A stretch of 64,000 nt of DNA from Clostridia bacterium (GTDB lineage: Bacteria; Bacillota; Clostridia; Oscillospirales; CAG-272): positions 180,167 through 244,166 of the forward strand of contig JAFTYE010000016.1 of the NCBI GenBank assembly GCA_017464805.1. Reading direction: 5' to 3'. Both the position numbers and the translations under genes were made by a program. Below are positions 1 to 5,863 of this stretch, in pieces (position 1 is the first letter of the stretch; each line of letters starts with the position of its first letter). Under the pieces are notes generated by a model. The model worked only from the letters and a program-made list of their open reading frames with translations, had not been told where the DNA came from and made no database searches.

Positions 1-74
1 CGTCGCAGAGATGCGAAATCCCGTGCGGTCAGCATGCTGACGATATCCTCGGTTTTTTTGTTTTTTTCTTCCAT
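1..74 (-). CDS. 5' end of an unidentified CDS that runs off the left edge (visible N-terminus MEEKNKKTEDIVSMLTARDFASLR)
   Basis: ATG at 74-72 on the minus strand, preceded by AAGGAGG 7 nt upstream. The frame is open to the window edge. Confidence 0.5.
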   Translation of the reverse strand, partial: MEEKNKKTEDIVSMLTARDFASLR

Positions 75-270
75 GGTTTTACCTCCTTTTTTATAAGAAC
101 TTGGATGCAAAGACCGTTGCGGAAGATTGAAAAATGCTACTTTAATTCAAGGCAGAACCGATTTTGTTGTGCAAAAAAGTATACACCATTCCAACTTCGC
201 GCATCAGTACTTGCGCCACTGTCACCTGTGTGACTCATGATCCCACCTCTTTTCCTTTTTTTGATACCTC

Positions 271-299
271 ATTATAGCACAAACCCGTTTTTTTGTAAA
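271..299 (-). promoter_or_regulatory. sigma-A type promoter TTTACA-17-TATAAT with TGn extension, reading leftward
   Basis: Minus-strand -35 at 299-294 and -10 at 276-271, with an exact 17-nt spacer. Confidence 0.6.
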
Positions 300-325
300 C
301 ATAAAAGATAAAAAACTTTTTTCTC

Positions 326-354
326 TTGCTATCTGTTCCGTTATGTGATAAAAT
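326..354 (+). promoter_or_regulatory. sigma-A type promoter TTGCTA-17-TAAAAT
   Basis: -35 at 326-331, -10 at 349-354, 17-nt spacer. It lies inside the track ORF start at 326, which argues for the ATG at 392. Confidence 0.55.
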
Positions 355-391
355 AAAAGAAGAATGGAATGTTGCACGAAAGGGAGTTGTT

Positions 392-760
392 ATGAATATG
401 GATCAGACCTATACCTTTGATGAGGTTATACACGTGGAGGTGCCCGAGGGTCTTCCCGGAACAAAAACTGCTTTGAAGCAGGTAGAATTTTCTCTTGCCT
501 CTGTTCGTGCTCGTGGTGGTCATTTGGTTAAGCTTGTTCATGATGAGCGGCTTGGGGCGGCGCGCGTACGTCTGCGTTCCGAGATCCGCAGGATGCTACG
601 TGTTTATAAAAAAGAGGAACGGATCACTCTGATGATCCGAGGTGAAGATTTTTCTATGACCGACAACTTGACTCGATACCTGGTGGACCGTTGCCCACAG
701 GTGGAGCTGGATTCGGATATGGACAAGGAAAACGGGAATATTACTCTTGTCTATTTTTAA
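392..760 (+). CDS. hypothetical 122-aa protein with weak resemblance to an Smr/MutS2 C-terminal-like fold
   Basis: AAGGGAG SD 5 nt before the ATG at 392. The segment LPGTKTALKQVEFSLASVRARGGHLVKLVHD loosely resembles an Smr core but lacks the HGKG motif. Confidence 0.6.
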   Translation: MNMDQTYTFDEVIHVEVPEGLPGTKTALKQVEFSLASVRARGGHLVKLVHDERLGAARVRLRSEIRRMLRVYKKEERITLMIRGEDFSMTDNLTRYLVDRCPQVELDSDMDKENGNITLVYF

Positions 761-763
761 CAT

Positions 764-798
764 GAAAAAAGGCAACGCTGTACAGCGTTGCCTTTTTA
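764..798. terminator. bidirectional Rho-independent terminator
   Basis: Perfect palindrome GGCAACGCTGTACAGCGTTGCC, flanked by an A-run and a T-run, between convergent genes. Confidence 0.85.
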
Positions 799-809
799 AG
801 TTCATGTTC

Positions 810-1040
810 TCAAGCGGGTGTCTTTTCGTTGAGGTAGTTTACAACGTCGTTCACCGTGATGAAGGTATGCAGGTCATCATCGTCGATAGTCACATTGAAT
901 TTCTCCTCGCAAAGCAGGATCAAGTCGGCAAGTTCAAGCGAGTTGACACCCAGGTCGTTGGCAAGCTCAGCCTCCGGGGTAACAACCTCCGGGTCAACGC
1001 GTAGCTCTTCAACTAACAGATTTTTCACTTTTTCAAACAT
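810..1040 (-). CDS. acpP: acyl carrier protein (76 aa)
   Basis: MFEKVKNLLVEEL...DLGVNSLELADLIL has the phosphopantetheine-Ser context. GGAGG SD precedes the ATG at 1040. The track start at 1100 lies inside the promoter. Confidence 0.85.
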   Translation of the reverse strand: MFEKVKNLLVEELRVDPEVVTPEAELANDLGVNSLELADLILLCEEKFNVTIDDDDLHTFITVNDVVNYLNEKTPA

Positions 1041-1076
1041 GGCTTTTCCTCCAAAGTTATGAGAGTTTTTTGTTGG

Positions 1077-1093
1077 AATTTGTTGCACAAATT
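1077..1093. promoter_or_regulatory. 17-bp palindrome AATTTGT-TGC-ACAAATT, a candidate operator downstream of the acpP TSS
   Basis: Perfect 7-bp inverted arms located between the -10 box and the SD of acpP. Confidence 0.45.
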
Positions 1094-1108
1094 GGCTCAC
1101 AATTCATG

Positions 1109-1137
1109 ATTATACACCAAAATTCGAGATTTGTCAA
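1109..1137 (-). promoter_or_regulatory. consensus sigma-A promoter TTGACA-17-TATAAT for acpP
   Basis: Minus-strand -35 at 1137-1132 and -10 at 1114-1109. Confidence 0.7.
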
Positions 1138-1198
1138 TAGTTTTTTCCGTTAATGGTTTTTGAGGGGCTTTTGCACCTCAAAATAATTCAGAAAAGGA

Positions 1199-1227
1199 TT
1201 GCTTTTTATTATAAGTTATGATATACT
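1199..1227 (+). promoter_or_regulatory. sigma-A type promoter TTGCTT-17-TATACT
   Basis: -35 at 1199-1204 and -10 at 1222-1227, upstream of the 1260 operon. Confidence 0.5.
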
Positions 1228-1259
1228 ATGCTTGAAAAAGAACTAAACTGAAAAGGGGA

Positions 1260-1889
1260 ATGATCGCTACGCTTAATGAGGAAAAAAAGTCAGGCCGTCG
1301 CATGCTTATTACCGTTATTGGTTTGTCGGTTGTCCTGCTTATTTTTGCCGCTGTTTTACCCCTGTTATTCAGTGATGGGGAAGAAACTCCCAAGCCTCCT
1401 TCCTTCGTTTTTGCGGATGCTACCCTCAGTGCCGATCCTCAGGCAGATGAGGACTACATGGCTCTTGACCGCACCGTCTATTACCGAATACTCTCTGCTT
1501 ACGAAGTTACCGTTTCTATCCACGAGGAGGACCTTTCCAGGCTGGATGCGGAGCTTGTGCTGTTGTTCCGTCTTGTGCAGGCAGCCATGGCTGGTGATCA
1601 TGAAGCCTACAATGCCTGCTTTTCGCCCGAATATGTAGCATCCGACGGCAAAGTTGAAGCCTTTACGAAGCAAAAGTTGTACGATATCACCTTTACGCTT
1701 TACGAAGGAACGGAACAGACCGTTCCCGTGGGATACTCCTCCGTCCGTGCTTACGGCTTGACCTACAAGATCAAGGACAATAATGGCTCCCTTCGAAACG
1801 ACATGGGAAGTGATGCTATGAAGGAGCAACTGTTCTTCGTTGTGAAGGACGCAGCAGGAGTCGCTTCTGTTTATGCCGTACAAACCTGA
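1260..1889 (+). CDS. hypothetical membrane-anchored protein (one N-terminal TM helix, about 170-aa extracytoplasmic domain)
   Basis: Hydrophobic segment MLITVIGLSVVLLIFAAVLPLLF. The SD (AAAGGGG) sits very close to the ATG, so the exact start is uncertain. Confidence 0.6.
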   Translation: MIATLNEEKKSGRRMLITVIGLSVVLLIFAAVLPLLFSDGEETPKPPSFVFADATLSADPQADEDYMALDRTVYYRILSAYEVTVSIHEEDLSRLDAELVLLFRLVQAAMAGDHEAYNACFSPEYVASDGKVEAFTKQKLYDITFTLYEGTEQTVPVGYSSVRAYGLTYKIKDNNGSLRNDMGSDAMKEQLFFVVKDAAGVASVYAVQT

Positions 1890-1932
1890 AACCGATATTA
1901 AGTGGTAAATAATACATAGAAAGAGGAATATT

Positions 1933-2352
1933 ATGCCGTATTTTTGGATCGTTGTGATGGTGGCTGCCGTTGCCATTGAGGTGGCAACACCCGGTGCACT
2001 TGTTGCCATCTGGTTTTTGCCCTCTGCGCTTGTTTCCATGATCCTTGCGTTCTTGAAGGTGCCGCTTTACGTGCAGATCCCCGTATTTATCGTGCTCTCT
2101 CTTGCCTGCGTGTTTTTTGCACGTCCGTGGCTCGTTCGTCCCGGTAAAAATACTGCCACGAACATTGATGCCATCATCGGCGAAAAGGGAATTGTAATCG
2201 AAAAGATCGAGAACATTGCCGGTGCCGGTCAGGTGAAGGTTCATGGGCAGTATTGGAGTGCTCGATCGGTTGCCGATGATTGCGAGTACGAGGAGGGTGA
2301 CATCGTCGAGATCGTTGCCGTCGAGGGTGTCAAGCTCATTTGCAAAAAGTAA
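1933..2352 (+). CDS. NfeD-family membrane protein
   Basis: N-terminal TM helices plus a C-terminal OB-like motif GQVKVHGQYWSARS. It sits immediately upstream of an SPFH gene, the classic pairing. Confidence 0.85.
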   Translation: MPYFWIVVMVAAVAIEVATPGALVAIWFLPSALVSMILAFLKVPLYVQIPVFIVLSLACVFFARPWLVRPGKNTATNIDAIIGEKGIVIEKIENIAGAGQVKVHGQYWSARSVADDCEYEEGDIVEIVAVEGVKLICKK

Positions 2353-2386
2353 AAACTAATTAATAATCAGAAAAGGAGATTTCATT

Positions 2387-3334
2387 ATGCATCCCGGATT
2401 GATTGCTCTTATCGTCATCGGTGTCGTTGTCTTGATTCTTGCCATCTGCAATATCCATATCGTGCCACAGGCTCACGCCTACGTGGTAACGCGACTTGGT
2501 GCTTACCTTGCAACATGGAAAACAGGTGTTCACATGACGCTGCCTTTCCTTGATCAAGTCTCCAAGCGTATTAACATGATGGAGCAGGTTGTAGATTTCC
2601 CGCCACAGCCCGTTATCACGAAGGATAATGTGCGTATGCAGATTGACACGGTGGTATTCTATCAAATCACAGATTGCAAACTGTATACCTACGGCGTGAC
2701 CAACCCGATCTTCGCTATTGAAAACCTGACTGCTACTACACTTCGTAACATCATCGGGGATTTGGATCTGGATAGCACGCTGACCTCTCGTGATATCATC
2801 AACTCCAAAATGCGCGCCATCCTGGACGAAGCCACCGACATGTGGGGTATCAAGGTTAACCGCGTCGAGCTGAAAAACATCATGCCTCCCAAGGAAATTC
2901 AAGAGGCCATGGAAAAGCAGATGAAGGCAGAGCGCGAGCGCCGTGAGGCCATTCTGCGCGCCGAGGGTGAGCGGAACAGTGCCATCCTGGTTGCCGAGGG
3001 TCGTAAGCAGTCCATGATACTGGAAGCTGAGGCAGAGAAGCAGTCCGCGATTTTGCGTGCTGAGGCCGCCAAGGAAAAGAAGATCCGCGAGGCAGAAGGT
3101 GAAGCTGAGGCTATTCTCAAGGTGCAAGAGGCTACCGCCGCCGGTATCGAAATGATCAACCGTGTGGCTCCCGGTGAGGGCTACATTGCCATCAAGGGTC
3201 TTGAAACGCTCGCCAAGGTTGGTGACGGCAAGTCCACCAAGCTTATCATCCCCTCCGAGCTTCAGTCGCTTGCGGGACTCGTTTCTTCCGCGTCCGAGGT
3301 TGCCAAATTCGGCAATGAGGGATCCGCTGAATAA
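2387..3334 (+). CDS. SPFH/band-7 (stomatin/prohibitin-like) protein
   Basis: N-terminal TM helix, an SPFH core, and an E/A/K-rich coiled coil (AEAEKQSAILRAEAAKEKKIREAEGEAEAILK). SD is AAAGGAG. Confidence 0.9.
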   Translation: MHPGLIALIVIGVVVLILAICNIHIVPQAHAYVVTRLGAYLATWKTGVHMTLPFLDQVSKRINMMEQVVDFPPQPVITKDNVRMQIDTVVFYQITDCKLYTYGVTNPIFAIENLTATTLRNIIGDLDLDSTLTSRDIINSKMRAILDEATDMWGIKVNRVELKNIMPPKEIQEAMEKQMKAERERREAILRAEGERNSAILVAEGRKQSMILEAEAEKQSAILRAEAAKEKKIREAEGEAEAILKVQEATAAGIEMINRVAPGEGYIAIKGLETLAKVGDGKSTKLIIPSELQSLAGLVSSASEVAKFGNEGSAE

Positions 3335-3347
3335 ATTTTCTAGAAAG

Positions 3348-3374
3348 GTCGGTGCTTTTGCACCGACTTTTCTT
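3348..3374 (+). terminator. Rho-independent terminator
   Basis: GTCGGTGC-TTTT-GCACCGAC followed by a T-tract. Confidence 0.8.
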
Positions 3375-3403
3375 GATTTATGGAAACTTTTTTCCAAAAA
3401 ACC

Positions 3404-3432
3404 TTGACAAATGCCAATATGTTTGGTATAAT
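3404..3432 (+). promoter_or_regulatory. perfect consensus sigma-A promoter TTGACA-17-TATAAT for the tRNA pair
   Basis: -35 at 3404-3409 and -10 at 3427-3432. Confidence 0.75.
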
Positions 3433-3464
3433 AACAGACGTTGTGAATGGGTGCTGCCCGTTAT

Positions 3465-3541
3465 GTACCTTTAGCTCAGCTGGATAGAGCAACTGCCTTC
3501 TAAGCAGTAGGTCGAGGGTTCGAGTCCCCCAAGGTACGCCA
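3465..3541 (+). tRNA. tRNA-Arg (anticodon TCT), CCA encoded
   Basis: The cloverleaf folds by hand: acceptor GTACCTT/AAGGTAC, D-arm GCTC/GAGC, anticodon arm ACTGC-CTTCTAA-GCAGT, T-loop TTCGAGT. There is one A-C mismatch in the T-stem. Confidence 0.85.
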
Positions 3542-3569
3542 CCGCGCGGCACCTTGTTCACAGCGATAT

Positions 3570-3647
3570 GGTGGGTGTGGCTTAGTTGGTTAGAGCGCCA
3601 GGTTGTGGCCCTGGAGGTCGTCGGTTCGATTCCGATCACTCACCCCA
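3570..3647 (+). tRNA. tRNA-His (anticodon GTG) with G-1, CCA encoded
   Basis: An extra 5' G pairs with discriminator C. Acceptor GTGGGTG/CACTCAC, anticodon arm CCAGG-TTGTGGC-CCTGG, T-loop TTCGATT. Confidence 0.9.
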
Positions 3648-3656
3648 GATGTGATG

Positions 3657-3688
3657 CGGGAAGCATAGGCTTCCCGTATTTTTATTTT
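3657..3688 (+). terminator. Rho-independent terminator after the tRNA pair
   Basis: CGGGAAGC-ATAG-GCTTCCCG followed by TATTTTTATTTT. Confidence 0.85.
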
Positions 3689-3692
3689 CAAA

Positions 3693-3714
3693 ACTTGTTG
3701 ACAAGTCAACAAGT
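3693..3714. promoter_or_regulatory. operator-like palindrome 1 (ACTTGTTGAC-AA-GTCAACAAGT) overlapping the -35 box
   Basis: Perfect 10-bp inverted arms. TTGACA of the promoter is part of the left arm. Confidence 0.55.
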
Positions 3715-3726
3715 GTGTGATATAAT
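3698..3726 (+). promoter_or_regulatory. perfect consensus sigma-A promoter TTGACA-17-TATAAT for the ADH-DegV-ALDH operon
   Basis: -35 at 3698-3703 and -10 at 3721-3726. Confidence 0.75.
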
Positions 3727-3736
3727 GGATATAAGT

Positions 3737-3752
3737 TGTTGACTTGTCAACA
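3737..3752. promoter_or_regulatory. operator-like palindrome 2 (TGTTGAC-TT-GTCAACA) just downstream of the TSS
   Basis: Perfect 7-bp arms with the same half-site as palindrome 1. The two centres are 41 bp apart. Confidence 0.55.
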
Positions 3753-3804
3753 TCGGGGAACGATCGTCGGAAGTTCAGAAGGAAATCTATAAAGAAAAAT
3801 TAAT

Positions 3805-5019
3805 ATGTTCATACTCAAAAAAATAGGATGCCGCCTCTTTCAAGCGGCTTTCCGTGCCGCCCAACCCTTTCTCCCTTACAGAGAACCTCAGGTGGTGTCC
3901 TCCTGCTCGGCACTTGGTGATGTGTTCAAAAAAGAAAAGAGCAGGGCTGCGCTAATCGTCACGGATGCCGGTATTGTGAAAAACGGTCTGGTTTCATCAC
4001 TGGAAGAGGTGTTGCAAAAACACGAAATCACATATGTTATATACGATAAAACGCAACCAAATCCCACGACGGACAATGTGGAGGAAGCCTTGTGCCTTTA
4101 CCGAAAATATCAGTGTGATACACTGATTGCTATCGGTGGCGGCTCCTCCATGGATTGTGCCAAGGTGATCGGTGCTTGTGCGGTATATCCGCAAAAACAG
4201 ATCCGGCAAATGCGCGGCGTGCTGCGTGTCATGCGAAAGCTCCCAACCTTGATCGCTATTCCCACCACGGCGGGAACGGGAAGTGAAACCACACTCGCGG
4301 CAGTCATCACCGATAGTAAGACGCATCATAAATACGCACTCATGAGCTTTCCCCTAATTCCACACTATGCCGTGCTGGATCCCTCGTTTACCTATACGCT
4401 CCCGCCGCACCTAACCGCTACCACGGGAATGGACGCGCTGACCCATGCCGTGGAAGCGTACATCGGACGTTCTACCAACCGTGAAACACGAATGCTTGCA
4501 CTTGAAGCGACTAAATTGATCTTTGATCATATCAAGGATGCTTATCGGGATGGACGGGACAGTCGTGCCAGAGAGGCCATGCTTCTTGCCGCATATAAGG
4601 CCGGTATTGCTTTTTCGAAGTCTTACGTCGGCTACATTCATGCCATCGCCCATTCCCTTGGCGGCAAGTACGGAACACCCCATGGCCTTGCCAATGCTGT
4701 TATCATGCCCTATGTACTAGAGGAATATGGTACCTGTATTGACAAAAAGCTTCAACAGCTCGGTATTGCCGCGGGTGTGTGTACTGAGAAGGATAGACAT
4801 CAAGAGGCAGCAGGAAAATTTATTAACGCCGTCAAAAAGCTGAACGCCGAAATGGACATCCCATGCCGAATTGCCGGCATTCGGGCAGAGGATGTTCCCG
4901 AAATGGCGAAGCATGCCGAGAAGGAGGCCAATCCTCTCTATCCCGTACCGAAGCTGATGACACAAAAGGAGTTAGCAGGCTTTTACCGCAGAATTGGAGA
5001 TATTCATGAGAAAAATTAA
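3805..5019 (+). CDS. iron-containing (group III) alcohol dehydrogenase
   Basis: GGGSSMDCAK motif and metal-binding His motifs THAVEAY and HAIAHSLGG. Confidence 0.9.
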   Translation: MFILKKIGCRLFQAAFRAAQPFLPYREPQVVSSCSALGDVFKKEKSRAALIVTDAGIVKNGLVSSLEEVLQKHEITYVIYDKTQPNPTTDNVEEALCLYRKYQCDTLIAIGGGSSMDCAKVIGACAVYPQKQIRQMRGVLRVMRKLPTLIAIPTTAGTGSETTLAAVITDSKTHHKYALMSFPLIPHYAVLDPSFTYTLPPHLTATTGMDALTHAVEAYIGRSTNRETRMLALEATKLIFDHIKDAYRDGRDSRAREAMLLAAYKAGIAFSKSYVGYIHAIAHSLGGKYGTPHGLANAVIMPYVLEEYGTCIDKKLQQLGIAAGVCTEKDRHQEAAGKFINAVKKLNAEMDIPCRIAGIRAEDVPEMAKHAEKEANPLYPVPKLMTQKELAGFYRRIGDIHEKN

Positions 5020-5842
5020 AATCGTTTCCGACTCTTCGTCAGACATCCTTGCGCTGGAAGGGGGAGAATTTGCGTCAGCTCCCTTAAAGATCATCACAGC
5101 CGAGGAGGAATTTGTGGATGACGCAACGCTCGACGTTGACACGATGGTCAATTTTTTCGATAAATATAAAGGCAGATCCAAGACCTCTTGTCCGAACGCA
5201 ACGGATTGGTTGCATGCGTTTGGAGATGCCGATGATGTCATTTGCGTTACCATAACGAGCGCGCTTTCTGGGAGCTATAATGCAGCGTGTGTCGCAAAGC
5301 AGATATATGAATCTGAACATGAAGGCAGAAGAGTGTTTGTCCTTGATACGCTTTCGGCGGGCCCGGAAATAGGTCTTGTCCTCGAAAAGCTTGCGGAATA
5401 CGTGCGAGGCGATATGTCGTATGAGGATATTTGTGAAAATATTCAACAATATCTGAAAAAAACAGGGCTTGTGTTTATGCTAAAATCCATGAAAAACCTT
5501 GCCAATAATGGCAGGGTCTCTCCTCTTATTGCTAAAATTGCGGGATTTGTCGGCATCTGTGTGGTTGGAAAGGCAAGCGATCAAGGCACCCTTGAGGCAG
5601 GGCGCAAATGCCATGGTGAGGTACGTGCCCTTGAGACGCTTGTTCGCAATTTGGAGCAATTGGGGCTTGAAACGGGAAAGGTGAAGGTATCCCATTGTTT
5701 AAATGAGTCCGGTGCACTTCGGTTGAAGGAAATGCTGCAAGCACGCCACGAGCACATGGAGATCGAAATACAAAAATGCAGAGGTTTGTGTAGCTTTTAC
5801 GCCGAAAAGGGAGGTATCCTTGTCGGCTTTGAAAAAATGTAA
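5006..5842 (+). CDS. DegV-family fatty-acid-binding protein (FakB-like)
   Basis: MRKIKIVSDSSSDIL is a typical DegV N-terminus. GGAGA SD lies 5 nt before the ATG at 5006. The gene overlaps the ADH 3' end by 14 nt. The track start at 4994 is a TTG. Confidence 0.85.
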   Translation: MRKIKIVSDSSSDILALEGGEFASAPLKIITAEEEFVDDATLDVDTMVNFFDKYKGRSKTSCPNATDWLHAFGDADDVICVTITSALSGSYNAACVAKQIYESEHEGRRVFVLDTLSAGPEIGLVLEKLAEYVRGDMSYEDICENIQQYLKKTGLVFMLKSMKNLANNGRVSPLIAKIAGFVGICVVGKASDQGTLEAGRKCHGEVRALETLVRNLEQLGLETGKVKVSHCLNESGALRLKEMLQARHEHMEIEIQKCRGLCSFYAEKGGILVGFEKM

Positions 5843-5863
5843 AAAAACATGATGGAGAGCGAT

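Noticed and set aside
75-270. The idea that the left-edge leader is an M-box (Mg2+) riboswitch, because the downstream N-terminus faintly resembles MgtE.
   Set aside because: I could not find the conserved M-box elements as I remember them (GUUAGGUGAGGCUCC, CUGCCC/GGGUC, GCUAAAGCUC). Only a loose AGGTGGGATC similarity exists. It is left as an unexplained leader, not called.
1276-1638. Alternative-frame 120-aa ORF overlapping the start of the 1260-1889 gene.
   Set aside because: Its Cys/Leu/Pro-rich composition looks implausible. The 1260 frame gives a natural TM-anchored protein that continues to a stop just before the NfeD gene.
2900-3160. Repetitive-looking DNA within the SPFH gene.
   Set aside because: It encodes an imperfect E/A/K/R coiled-coil (AEGE.., AEAEKQSAILRAEAAKEKK). 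It is protein-level low complexity, not a CRISPR array or tandem DNA repeat.
2360-3397. 345-aa ORF on the minus strand, with shorter ones at 2689-2892 and 2899-3159, antisense to the SPFH gene.
   Set aside because: It lies fully inside a confidently identified SPFH CDS. The translation is low-complexity (Gly/Leu/Thr-rich) with no SD or promoter, as expected for the stop-poor antisense frame of an E/A/K-rich gene.
3340-3742. Track ORFs 3340-3639 (-), 3554-3742 (+) and 3162-3407 (+) across the tRNA locus.
   Set aside because: They are read through two well-folding tRNA genes, a terminator and promoters. They have no SD, so they are spurious.
3693-3752. Rex or CcpA (cre) site at the ADH operon promoter.
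   Set aside because: The half-site TGTTGAC/GTCAACA does not fit TTGTGAA-N6-TTCACAA (Rex) or TGWAANCGNTNWCA (cre).
3404-3805. The tRNA-Arg/tRNA-His locus as an integration site or genomic-island boundary.
   Set aside because: There is no integrase, no direct repeat of the tRNA 3' end and no compositional break visible. The downstream genes have ordinary promoters and terminators.
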